This document shows positions 26,689-40,524 of a stretch of DNA of 64,000 nt, piece after piece. The position numbers were made by a program, and so were the translations under genes. Source of the stretch: Pecten maximus (Eukaryota). Numbering within the stretch: the first letter of the stretch is position 1; each line of letters starts with the position of its first letter. The stretch spans positions 30,318,001 through 30,382,000 of the forward strand of contig NC_047032.1 in assembly GCF_902652985.1 (NCBI RefSeq). Direction: 5' to 3'. A model generated the notes under the pieces. The model was not told the origin of the DNA. It did not search any database and saw only the letters and a list, made by a program, of their open reading frames with translations.

Positions 26689-27987
26689 AATATTTACGGT
26701 TTCTGGATGTCTCTGTAAATAGGGAAAATATAAACAAGTTGACGGATCATATGTGGGTCAATTGTTCCGGAATAGCTGCAGCTAATATTGTGTCTGTCGC
26801 GGACTTTATCGATACCTGTTTGTTGTAGCCTAACTGTACGTGTGGGAAATATGTGCCTGACATTGGTGATAAGACGGACTTTTTATGATATAATTAGGAC
26901 CATTTATAAATGCACGCCGATACAAATATCGATCTACAAATCACTGACTAGGAACTTTTTATTGATGAAGTGTATATCTTGACTAAACGAGCTGCATGTT
27001 ATTTCGTGAGCATTTTAGAGAAGCCTTGCGCGGATTTCATAGAGATATGGTATTTATTTTTTCATTGGGATATTTTCACGGTTTTTTAAAAACACTTATC
27101 GAAGGGAAAATTTTTTCAAAGATTATCGATAGCTAGTTGGTTCATCTTTTTTACACGTCACGTGATCCGTCCGTCTACTACCGAACGACACTTTACTAAA
27201 CGCAAGCATCACCGTTACGTCAGAACCAATAAGGGAAGGAGAATTCGAGTAGGCTGACCCGTTAACTAATCGCTAGTACCATACAGGTAAACCAGAGGTC
27301 CTGGGTTCGATCCATAGCGGAATTTAACATCGACAGACTATTGAGGTAACATCGTGTTGGTCGATGGACTTGTCGGGTGCTGGCTTTTGTCCTTTTAACT
27401 TATGGGTTGTACCCCACAACGAAATAGGTACAACTCTGTGTTAACTTTCTCTCAGTCAACACTACTCTGACCGAGTTCCTTCACTCCGAGTCCGTCTGTC
27501 AGTATATCATTAACTTTGACACTGAGGGCCGAGGACGTTCTCACTTCGTTCCTACCTCACCCCACTAATGTACCCGGGTGAGTGTAGCGTCATGATTGTA
27601 TAGGAAGTCCTTCTATGTGAGTTTTAGATAAAGTATACTGTAGATAGACGACTACAATTTTTTTGCTCTTTTATTTTAACGATCTTCATAACAATATCAA
27701 TTTTAGTTCTAGATCTGTCACATGCGTTTAGTGTCAAATGTGGGATTCTTCTGATCAATCCGGAAACGCCCAATCTAATTCACGCGTTTCCGTGATCTGT
27801 GTCTTCGGGACAAGTTTTAGATTCGTCCTCCACTGAGTGGGACCTGTTAGGTGGCTGATGTGTCCGGGTCGATTCTCATGAAGTTAAGATAAAACGTCAC
27901 ATCCGGTTTATAAGCAGTATGGTCCATGATGACACGATGTTTCAGAAATGTTTTAATGTTCTTAAAGAAAGCCATGAAAGCATATTA

Positions 27988-28130
27988 ATAAACAAGTACA
28001 TATAATCAGTCGCACTGTCCCCGGTGATAGCTCCGTGTGGAGTTATTACACCGTAAAACAAGTACATATAATCAGTCGCACTGTCCCCGATGATAGCTCC
28101 GTGTGGAGTTATTACACCGTAAAACAAGTA
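27988..28130. repeat. 66-bp tandem duplication
   Basis: aaacaagtacatataatcagtcgcactgtcccc..gatagctccgtgtggagttattacaccgta, two copies. Confidence 0.85.
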
Positions 28131-29249
28131 ACTTACAAACTTCCAGTAATTGATCACATTAATTTCAGAAAGCACATTTGTATCTGGAATACCAAGAAAA
28201 CATTGACTTAGCTTATACATTTCTTTCGCTGAACTCTATTAAAAATCTAATCATGGAGCCAATGTCCTCTGCCTACCTGTAATTACATGTATGGTGTGAT
28301 GGCGAGGCGAGAGGCACACCTGGTATGTATATATATAGATATATTGTCTGACATTAATGAACTTCACACGTACACTGTCTATTATACAAGAAAACTGAGA
28401 TTCACGTGTAGTAACAAAGCCAGAATCTACATTTAGCAAAATAATCATACCTGGCCGGTAGTACGAACTTCGTTGATAACAATAGCTTTCTCCCTGAACC
28501 CTCCTTGTCCGCTGTATTCACGCTCATTATCTGTACACAATAAGCATCACATTGTACCTGTTTACTTCCAAATTGTGTTAATTATAGCGCTTAATGAATG
28601 TAACGTCTATCACACGTGGGCGGAGGAATGAGAAAAATCTACCAGAAATAATGATATCGTTAATAAGTCGTACAGCTACAGCAAACATGGGATTAATATG
28701 TAACAGTTAATGTGTTTTATAACAAATTTTATTACGGTATTATCAATATATACTTCAGTTCCTAGACATGGTAACGATGTAAAATATATTGTATCGTCTT
28801 GGAGTTTTCAACCGAGAGCGTTCTGGTCACGAAGTCTCTTCCGACTTCGCCAAATGTGTCCAGAAACGGCCAATAGCCCCACGGTGGATACAAGTTGACC
28901 CTCCTCACAACCAGGTCAAACAAGTACGGAGTGGTACTAAAATTATACGTCCATTAAACAATATCAATAATTAACCAGGGTGATGAAACAGCGATCAATT
29001 TGTGTTCAATGTATTGGGATTAATCTAGGGTTGGAGGGGGAAGTACGGGACTACAATATCCACGACAGGTTTACATAGTGTGGAAATGTCGCCTGGTCGT
29101 ACGGTCGCGTGCAGGACAGTCATGAATCGCCAAGACCATACTTGATTGACGGGGTATTAAACGTGTTAGGAAGGGTGTGTGTATGCACGCATGCGTAGAT
29201 ACAGAATACTGTGTGTAAAGGACATTGGTAACGGTAAATTACCGATATC

Positions 29250-29700
29250 ACAGGTTATTTTTGCGTAATAGTAAAGTGTGCAAGGTACTAAAGGGGTTTG
29301 TGAGAGTTGATTAACGATGTCCAAGGTTAATTTGCGTGAGAATTATGTGTACAAGGTAATTAAAGAGGTTTGTGAGCGCTACACTGTTAATAGCTATCTC
29401 AAGGTTAATTTGTGTGAGAATTGTGTGTACAAGGTACAATATACTAAAGGAGTTTGTGAGAGTTTATTGGCGATGTCAAGGTTAATTTGTGTTGGAATCG
29501 TGTGTACAAGGCAATAAAGGGGTTTGTGAGTGTTAATTGGAGATCTCATGGTTAATTTGTGTGAGAATCGTGTGTACAAGGTACTAACGGGGTTTGTGAG
29601 AGTCAATTGGCAATGTCAAGGTTAATTTGCGTCAGAATTGTGTGTACAAGGTAATGTGTGTGTGAGAGTTGATTAACGATGTATAAGGTTGTTTTTGCGT
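29250..29700. repeat. Degenerate tandem repeat of about 70 bp
   Basis: Recurrent aaggttaatttgtgtgagaattgtgtgtacaaggta.taaaggggtttgtgag. Confidence 0.8.
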
Positions 29701-30618
29701 GAATTCACGTGAAGGACCTTGGTAACAATAAAAACGATATCCAAGTTCAGTATTATATATAATAGGTATACTGTCAATAGTAGAAATAATTGAATAAGAA
29801 TATATAATAACCTTGATTTACATCGTCTTACGAGCAAAAATCTTTGTTGTGTGTATCATTGTTTAAATTCAATAAGTCCCCGAAAAATGGCCAGTATCTG
29901 ATATTATAGCCATCATTATCATGTGTATTCCAAATCACAAATCGAAGCACAGCATATTCGAATTTTATAATTCAGATGTAAAAAGTTATAAGTTGATAGA
30001 TGATGGCTTTCATCAACATGACCTCATTCCTTTTAAAGTCTTGCGAAAATGAATTATATTAAATTAGTTTGTAAGGAATGGTGTGTACAGGTCGTTTTTT
30101 GCTACATGCAGTAAGTAAATAGTCATCGACAAAGGTTTTTAAATTTTATCACAACAACAACAACAACAACAACTCGTCACCTTATCTTCAATTATAATCA
30201 ACATCCTATCACATAACTTACATGTTCTACCGCGTGTAATACTGCCTTGACATCAATATCGTACGACACATGTGTACATGTAATTAAGCTGTTGTGTTAA
30301 TAATATATGACGTCATAATGAACAGATGACGTCACACAAGTGTCTCTGCAGAAAAAATAAATTCCGTTCGAGACTATATTCAAATGTCTATCTAGAAATA
30401 TATTGAAACCATTCTCATACATTTGTAATACGAGTTATGCGATGAATCTTATCGCACACTCGTGACTATGTGATGAATAGAATCTTACAGTCGTGATTAT
30501 ATGATAAACAGAATCTCACACTCGTTGCCATGTTATATAAACTTTACCTCACTCGTTCAATAATTTGATAAGGCATTCACTCTATACACTGTATTGTCCC
30601 CTTTTCGGAGTCTCCCGG

Positions 30619-30651
<33 letters not shown>

Positions 30652-32567
30652 TAGATCGTTATAAATACTGTAGTTATGCTATCTAATGGAAACTAATTTA
30701 TAAACACGCGTTTGTGAATACCTCACTGAATTGTGTTTATGTTAATTTAATTACTGAGTATTGAATGAAAGGGAATGAAAGTTCTAAAGAATGTACAAGT
30801 AATTATGTAAATGTGTGTTTCGTTATTAAATGGATACTTTATTCCCCATCAGTGTGTACCTATATGGAGTTCACGTCATACATGTAAAATGTCTAATGTA
30901 CCTGTATAACCTTTACAATTATGGAGTCGTGGGGATGAAAAAAACATCATTTACATTATGTAAATTGACTCCAGATTACGCCCTAGTGTACATACGTGTA
31001 TGACTTACGGTGTCACTATTAAGTACATGTAAATACTATATACGTCCGGGAATCGACGGCTAAAATATAAATATATAGACACTTTCATCTTTGATTTAAA
31101 TTGAGTTTTTACGAGACAACTTTTTAATTTGAAATATAACATTATGTCGCTTTCATACACGTGTCGGTAATTGATCACTACATGACAATGAAATAATCTA
31201 CGATACCGAATTCAAAATCATTTAAACATCTACATAAAAATCTTATTGATCTGAATATAAAAAAAAAACAAAAAAAAACAGAAAAACAAGAACAAAAAAC
31301 AAAAACACCAAATAACAAAAATAAGATAAAATCAAAAATAAATAAAAAAATAAATGAATGAGCAAAATAAAACGGATTGTACTCTCATCATAGACCGCTT
31401 CTGTTCGCAGTTTATTTTAGACTACACGCCGTGTTTTGTGTTACATCTCCATAACATAAAATATATTCAAGTTAATTCTTGATAATTATATTTCAGATGA
31501 AAAGTTTTACTGTAGCTTGTCTGTACTAGTTCTAACTAGGAGAACCAGCCTATAATATACCTGGCTATACAATCCATTACAGAAATGTATTAAGGTGATT
31601 AAATTAAGTTGGTTTTTATATATCAACATATAATTAATGGTCGCAATATTTGATAAATTTCTTTATTAAAATGTATACATAGCAGCTGTTTATAATTACA
31701 CGTAGGTTCAATATGTTAGAGAATCTATCAAAGTTCATTCAGCCGCACGTTGTGGCGATCAAAAGCTAATTGATATCAATATCCCGGCCTTGAGTTAATA
31801 CAAGTGTTGTCAAACTGTATCCTTAAGTCGTGAACAATAAACCTCCAGACTTTACATGTTGCTATTCATATAAGTTGATATCGAGTGGATATTTACATAT
31901 TAATTCATGTACGGATATATATATGGATGGTCAGATTAATGATACATATGCCTAGCGATTCAATATAAATATAATCAATGTATTGGACCAGTTATAAATC
32001 TGGAAGTCTTTATCCCCCTGCCTGATACGATGGCTGTCATGTAAAGGGGATGGGATGGGTTATTGTCTGAAATCACAAAAAACTATTAGGCATATTCAGG
32101 AACAAAAATCACTGATGATGCTTAAGGATAGTAAAGCGAGAAATATGTATTTTAGCTAAATCCATCCACGGTTTTTTCTGCTTCAATATTTTAAAGTTGG
32201 ATGTAGATTTGAAAATTAAGTCTTCCACAAGGAGTTCAGACCAATATTTTAGTAGATTTTGATTTGTGTGTCTGATTTTGGATCTTGCCATCAATAAAAT
32301 ACACTTATATGGAATTTAAAAAAAAAAAAGTGTTTTTTTTCTTTGTGTACAGAATTAACATGCCACAAATAATTGATTCTTTAATAGTTTTTCAGACAGG
32401 GTTATATTTGAGCATTTATGGGATTGTTTTCAAATAATCTATAAGACCATTTATCTTTTATTTTCAATTCTTGCCTTTTCATGACCTAGATAATCAGTGA
32501 AAATCAAATGGATTTTTTTCTATCCAACAGCAAAATGTTGCTGGTAGGTGTAGGTGTAGGCAACTAT

Positions 32568-35500
32568 CTTAATGAGTTACACATCACGTTTTAATGAGTT
32601 ACACAACACATTTTAATGAGTTACACAACACGTTTTAATGAGTTACACAACACGTTTAATGAGTTACACAACACGTTTGAGTTACACGACACGCTTTAAT
32701 GAGTTACACAACACGTTTTAATGAGTTACACAACACGTTTTAATGAGTTACACAACACGTTTAATGAGTTACACAACACGTTTAATGAGTTACACGACAC
32801 GCTTTAATGAATTATACGACACGTTTTAATGAGTTACACAACACGTTTGAGTTACACGACACGTTTAATGAGTTACACAACACGTTTAATGAGTTAAACG
32901 ACACGTTTTAATGAGTTACACGACACGTTTTAATGAGTTACACAACACGTTTTAATGAGTTACACAACACGTTTAATGAGTTACACGACACGTTATAATG
33001 AGTTACACAACACGTTTAATGAGTTACACAACATGTTTTAATGAGTTACACAACACGTTAAATGAGTTACACAACACGTTTAATGAGTTACACAACACGT
33101 TTAATGAGTTACACAACACGTTTGAGTTACACGACACGCTTTAATGAGTTACACGACACGTTTAATGAGTTACACGACACGTTTAATGAGTTACACGACA
33201 CGTTTGAGTTACACAACACGTTTTAATGAGTTACACAACACGTTTGAGTTACACAACACGTTTAATGAGTTACACAACACGTTTAATGAGTTACACAACA
33301 CGTTTTAATAAGTTACACGACACGTTTAATGAGTTACACGACACGTTTTAATGAGTTACACAACACGTTTAATGAGTTACACGACACGTTTTAATGAGTT
33401 ACACAACACGTTTAATGAGTTACACGACACGTTTAATGAGTTACACGACACGTTTTAATGAGTTACACGACACGTTTTAATGAGTTACACGACACGTTAT
33501 AATGAGTTACACAACACGTTTAATGAGTTACACAACACGTTTTAATGAGTTACACAACACGTTTAATGAGTTACACAACACGTTTAATGAGTTACACAAC
33601 ACTTTTAATGAGTTACACGACACGTTTGAGTTACACGACACGCTTTAATGAGTTACACGACACGTTTAATGAGTTACACGACACGTTTAATGAGTTACAC
33701 AACACGTTTGAGTTACACGACACGTTTAATGAGTTACACAACACGTTTGAGTTACACGACACGTTTTAATGAGTTACACAACACGTTTGAGTTACACAAC
33801 ACGTTTAATGAGTTACACAACACGTTTAATGAGTTACACAACACGTTTTAATGAGTTACACGACACGTTTAATGAGTTACACGACACGTTTAATGAGTTA
33901 CACGACACGTTTAATGAGTAACACGACACGTTTTAATGAGTAACACGACACGTTTTAATGAGTTACACAACACGTTTAATGAGTTACACGACATGTTTTA
34001 ATGAGTTACACAACACGTTTAATGAGTTACACAACACGTTTAATGAGTTACACAACACGTTTAATGAGTTACACAACACGTTTAATGAGTTACACAACAC
34101 GTTTGAGTTACACGACACGCTTTAATGAGTTACACGACACGTTTAATGAGTTACACGACACGTTTTAATGAGTTACACAACACGTTTGAGTTACACGACA
34201 CGTTTAATGAGTTACAAAACACGTTTTAATGAGTTACACAACACGCTTTAATGAGTTACACAACACGTTTAATGAGTTACACAACACGTTTTAATGAGTT
34301 ACGCGACACGTTTTAATGAGTTACACGACACGTTTAATGAGTTACACGACACGTTTAATGAGTTACACAACACGTTTTAATGAGTTACACGACACGTTTA
34401 ATGAGTTACACGACACGCTTTAATGAATTATACGACACGTTTTAATGAGTTACACAACACGTTTGAGTTACACGACACGTTTAATGAGTTACACAACACG
34501 TTTAATGAGTTAAACGACACGTTTTAATGAGTTACACGACACGTTTTAATGAGTTACACGACACGTTTTAATGAGTTACACAACACGTTTTAATGAGTTA
34601 CACAACACGTTTAATGAGTTACACAACACGTTTAATGAGTTACACAACACGTTTAATGAGTTACACAACACGTTTAATGAGTTACACAACACGTTTAATG
34701 AGTTACACAACACGTTTAATGAGTTACACAACACGTTTAATGAGTTACACAACACGTTTAATGAGTTACACAACACGTTTTAATGAGTTACACAACACGT
34801 TTAATGAGTTACACAACACGTTTAATGAGTTACACAACACGTTTAATGAGTTACACAACACGTTTAATGAGTTACACAACACGTTTAATGAGTTACACAA
34901 CACGTTTAATGAGTTACACAACACGTTTTAATGAGTTACACAACACGTTTTAATGAGTTACACAACACGTTTTAATGAGTTACACAACACGTTTAATGAG
35001 TTACACAACACGTTTTAATGAGTTACACGACACGTTTTAATGAGTTACAAGACACGTTTAATGAGTTACACAACACGTTTAATGAGTTACACAACACGTT
35101 TAATGAGTTACACAACACGTTTAATGAGTTACACGACACGTTTTAATGAGTTACACGACACGTTTAATGAGTTACACGACACGTTTAATGAGTTACACAA
35201 CACGTTTAATGAGTTACACAACACGTTTAATGAGTTACACAACACGTTTAATGAGTTACACAACACGTTTAATGAGTTACACAACACGTTTAATGAGTTA
35301 CACAACACGTTTAATGAGTTACACAACACGTTTAATGAGTTACACAACACGTTTAATGAGTTACACAACACGTTTAATGAGTTACACAACACGTTTTAAT
35401 GAGTTACACAACACGTTTTAATGAGTTACACAACACGTTTAATGAGTTACACAACACGTTTAATGAGTTACACAACACGTTTTAATGAGTTACACAACAC

Positions 35501-37345
35501 GTTTAATGAGTTACACAACACGTTTTAATGAGTTACACAACACGTTTAATGAGTTACACAACACGTTTTAATGAGTTACACAACACGTTTTAATGAGTTA
35601 CACAACACGTTTAATGAGTTACACAACACGTTTAATGAGTTACACGACACGTTTAATGAGTTACACGACACGTTTAATGAGTTACACGACACGTTTAATG
35701 AGTTACACAACACGTTTAATGAGTTACACGACACGTTTAATGAGTTACACAACACGTTTAATGAGTTACACGACACGTTTTAATGAGTTACACAACACGT
35801 TTAATGAGTTACACAACACGTTTAATGAGTTACACAACACGTTTAATGAGTTACACAACACGTTTTAATGAGTTACACAACACGTTTAATGAGTTACACA
35901 ACACGTTTAATGAGTTACACAACACGTTTAATGAGTTACACAACACGTTTAATGAGTAACACAACACGTTTAATGAGTTACACAACACGTTTTAATGAGT
36001 TACACAACACGTTTAATGAGTTACACAACACGTTTAATGAGTTACACAACACGTTTAATGAGTTACACAACACGTTTAATGAGTTACACAACACGTTTAA
36101 TGAGTTACACAACACGTTTAATGAGTTACACAACACGTTTAATGAGTTACACAACACGTTTAATGAGTTACACGACACGTTTAATGAGTTACACGACACG
36201 TTTAATGAGTTACACGACACGTTTAATGAGTTACACAACACGTTTTAATGAGTTACACAACACGTTAATGAGTTACACACACGTTTTAATGAGTTACACA
36301 ACACGTTTAATGAGTTACACAACACGTTTAATGAGTTACACAACACGTTTTAATGAGTTACACGACACGTTTAATGAGTTACACGACACGTTTAATGAGT
36401 TACACAACACGTTTAATGAGTTACACAACACGTTTTAATGAGTTACACAACACGTTTAATGAGTTACACAACACGTTTTAATGAGTTACACAACACGTTT
36501 AATGAGTTACACAACACGTTTAATGAGTTACACAACACGTTTAATGAGTTACACAACACGTTTAATGAGTTACACAACACGTTTAATGAGTTACACAACA
36601 CGTTTAATGAGTTACACAACACGTTTTAATGAGTTACACAACACGTTTAATGAGTTACACAACACGTTTAATGAGTTACACGACACGTTTAATGAGTTAC
36701 ACAACACGTTTAATGAGTTACAAGACACGTTTTAATGAGTTACACAACACGTTTAATGAGTTACACAACACGTTTTAATGAGTTACACAACACGTTTTAA
36801 TGAGTTACACGACACGTTTAATGAGTTACACAACACGTTTTAATGAGTTACACAACACGTTTTAATGAGTTACATGACACGTTTTAATGAGTTACACGAC
36901 ACGTTTTAATGAATTACACAACACGTTTAATGAGTTACACGACACGTTTAATGAGTTACACGACACGTTTAATGATTTACACAACACGTTTGAGTTACAC
37001 AACACGTTTAATGAGTTACACAACACGTTTTAATGAGTTACACAACACGTTTAATGAGTTACACGACACGTTTTAATGAGTTACACGACACGTTTTAATG
37101 AGTTACACAACACGTTTAATGAGTTACACAACACGTTTTAATGAGTTACACGACACGTTTAATGAGTTACACGACACGTTTAATGAGTTACACGACACGT
37201 TTTAATGAGTTACACAACACGTTTTAATGAGTTACACAACACGTTTAATGAGTTACACAACACGTTTAATGAGTTACACAACACGTTTGAATGAGTTACA
37301 CGACACGTTTTAATGAGTTACACAACACGTTTAATGAATTATACG
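32568..37345. repeat. 21-bp satellite (22- and 18-bp variants), about 4.8 kb and over 200 copies
   Basis: Unit aatgagttacacaacacgttt. All MSYTTRL/FNELHNT ORFs are artefacts of this array. Confidence 0.98.
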
Positions 37346-38099
37346 CTATGCGTCTGATAAAGACTCCAGTAGACATATAATTGTATATGGTACCCAGCCT
37401 GGTATCAGTGTATAGATTTATTTCCCCATCCAAACCCCTGTAGATATATATATATATATATATATATACATTGTATATACCATTTTTTCATGACCGTGTC
37501 ATTAAAATGCTTGTTTAGGGATAACACCAAGGCTAAGCTTTCACGTGTGATAAGGTAATGCAATATATTCTGTCAATAAAGAATTTAAAAGTCTAACAGA
37601 AATCGATCTTAACGATCGATCTTCAATGCACGATTCGAACTGTAACAAATTAAACCAAAACAAAGGTCCTACAACAAAAACAAATTGAAGCATGCGCACT
37701 TCGTCAGTTCTTTAACCTTTGTTACCGACTTCCTGAAGACAGTGGTTGTTATTCGATCACGTGACATAATTGTCAGTTTATGACGTAAATCCTCTCCATT
37801 ATGAGACAAAAATAAGTATATGATATCGAACCAACTGTAGCTACAGTACATGTACACAGCGTCATGCCCTCCTTAATGAGAGCACGAGGCCAGGGTGGCC
37901 GTAAAACATTGTAGTGCAAAACACCAATCTACAGACTTCTTTTAGTGATTTTATGAATAATTCCTAATTATTTTATGTTTATTTTCTGTAATCGACCATT
38001 GACTTGCATTTTAATTAACTTTTGTGTCATTAAAACTTGACAAGTCAAATGTAATGGACATTAGTGCTGGGTGTTGATTAAAAGGACCACTCATATTAA

Positions 38100-38268
38100 T
38101 TTCTTGTCGCCCTGAATGGAAGTGCGCAAGGTTTCTAAACAGAGTATCCGAAGAAAACCCGCGTAGTCGGACATATTACGGACCCCAAACCTTTTAACAT
38201 CCGATCGAGGAATCGAACCCCGGTCGCCTACGTTGCAGGCGAGTTTGTAAGCACTGCACTTCCCGACC
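38100..38268 (-). mobile_element. Second tRNA-derived V-type SINE family, degraded
   Basis: Minus strand ggtcgggaagtgcagtgc...ggggttcgattcctcgatcggatgttaaaagg...gcgggttttcttcggatactc. The head is homologous to 57968-58073. Confidence 0.65.
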
Positions 38269-39405
38269 ATCATCGGTACGTTCATAAACACCCAGTTCAG
38301 ACAAAATAATTAAGAATGTGATATTCTGGCAATATGCGTGCGTCGCGCGCGTTAACGACCAAATGAGGAGAGTTCTACATCCGGTGTGTTTCCCTATTCC
38401 TTTTAATGGTACTTCGACACATCAAACGCACCAGAAATAAAATATGTATGATCGAGGCACCCTCTATCTGTCAATCTCGAAACGTGATATCGCGTGTTGC
38501 TACAAGTTCCTTAATGATCTATCGAAATTCTTTATAGCTTTTAGATTAAAGTGTTAAATAAAATACGCACCTTTTTATTTTGACCGAGATTACGAAACAA
38601 AATTAGGTCACCAAGAAGCCAAATCAAGTGATTGTAAATTAGGACAAGTCCTCGGTATACAGGACATATAGGTGTATCGTGTCGTGTTGGTAAAGACGAG
38701 CTATTTTGAGAATTCGGAGTATTTTTAGAGAGACCCTTTTCCTTTCGTTAATTAAAGTTCGCTGTGACCGATACCGATAAAACATGTATAATCACGGACT
38801 CTATGTATACCTTTCTACCAGCAGTGATGATGAACAGCTCATTACAGCAGATGTTAGCTCGGATTGGCGTTTGAATTTTCTGCAAACTAAAGTGGAGTTT
38901 AAAATTCGAAGTTTTTGTTTGTTTGTTTGTTTGGTTATTTTTTCATTAAGGATTTCATGGTTGATGACAAGTACATGTATACAAACACTGACAAAATGAA
39001 TAAATACTTGAAGTGATGTGTACATTGAATATACGGTGCAATGGGGTTGGATGGCGCATCGGGTAGCGCACACGGCCAAGATGACCGGGGTTGCATCTTG
39101 CAAATTAATGAGGTGGCCCGCTCGAAGACGCGTTTTTCTGCGGATACTCCGATCCACTGTACAATAAAAGCCACCATGGAGATTCTGTAGTATCGCCCCG
39201 CTACCGCCTCTGTAAGAGGGTTGTGTTCAGGGGAGTTTAGGACAGTGAGCAGATTTATAATCATCCATTCCAATTTAGACCATTTAATTTTTTTTTCGTT
39301 ATTTCTTACCTATTTTCGGAGTTACTTCTCGTTAATAAATGAAAGAGTAGCTGTTGCGGTTCCGTATATCTTACTCCATTGCAATCTCGAGGAGGACATG
39401 TACAG

Positions 39406-40524
39406 TGTCCAGTTCTGTACTGACCCCTGTGACCTCCAGACAACGTTATTGGTATACTGGTCCAAGTCCAGCTCTGTACTGACCCCTGTGACCTCCAGAC
39501 AACGTTATTGGTATACTGGTCCAAGTCCAGCTCTGTACTGACCCCTGTGACCTCCAGACAACGTTATTGGTATACTGGTCCAAGTCCAGCTCTGTACTGA
39601 CCCCTGTGACCTCCAGACAACGTTATTGGTATACTGGTCCAAGTGCAGCTCTGTACTGACCCCTGTGACCTCCAGACAACGTTATTGGTATACTGGTCCA
39701 AGTGCAGCTCTGTACTGACCCCTGTGACCTCCAGACAACGTTATTGGTATACTGGTCCAAGTGCAGCTCTGTACTGACCCCTGTGACCTCCAGACAACGT
39801 TATTGGTATACTGGTCCAAGTCCAGCTCTGTACTGACCCCTGTGACCTCCAGACAACGTTATTGGTATACTGGTCCAAGTCCAGCTCTGCACTGACCCCT
39901 GTGACCTCCAGACAACGTTATTGGTATACTGGTCCAAGTCCAGCTCTGTACTGACCCCTGTGACCTCCAGACAACGTTATTGGTATACTGGTCCAAGTCC
40001 AGCTCTGTACTGACCCCTGTGACCTCCAGACAACGTTATTGGTATACTGGTCCAAGTCCAGCTCTGCACTGACCCCTGTGACCTCCAGATAACGTTATTG
40101 GTATACTGGTCCAAGTCCAGCTCTGTACTGACTCCTGTGACCTCCAGACAACGTTATTGGTATACTGGTCCAAGTCCAGCTCTGTACTGACCCCTGTGAC
40201 CTCCAGACAACGTTATTGGTATACTGGTCCAAGTCCAGCTCTGTGCTGACTCCTGTGACCTCCAGACAACGTTATTGGTATACTGGTCCAAGTCCAGCTC
40301 TGTACTGACCCCTGTGACCTCCAGACAACGTTATTGGTATACTGGTCCAAGTCCAGTTCTGTACTCCCCCCTGTGACCTCCAGACAACGTTATTGGTATA
40401 CTGGTCCAAGTCCAGCTCTGTACTGACCCCTGTGACCTCCAGACAACGTTATTGGTATACTGGTCCAAGTCCAGCTCTGTACTGACCCCTATGACCCAGA
40501 CAATGTTATTAGTTTACTGGTCCA
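39406..40524. repeat. 59-bp minisatellite, about 19 copies
   Basis: Unit gtccagctctgtactgacccctgtgacctccagacaacgttattggtatactggtccaa. Confidence 0.97.

Noticed and set aside
31497-31595. Acceptor followed by ATG and a later donor-like aagGTGA
   Set aside because: All three frames contain stops.
33545-36735. ORFs of MSYTTRL/FNELHNT repeats
   Set aside because: These are translation artefacts of a 21-bp satellite with frequent frame-shifting variants.
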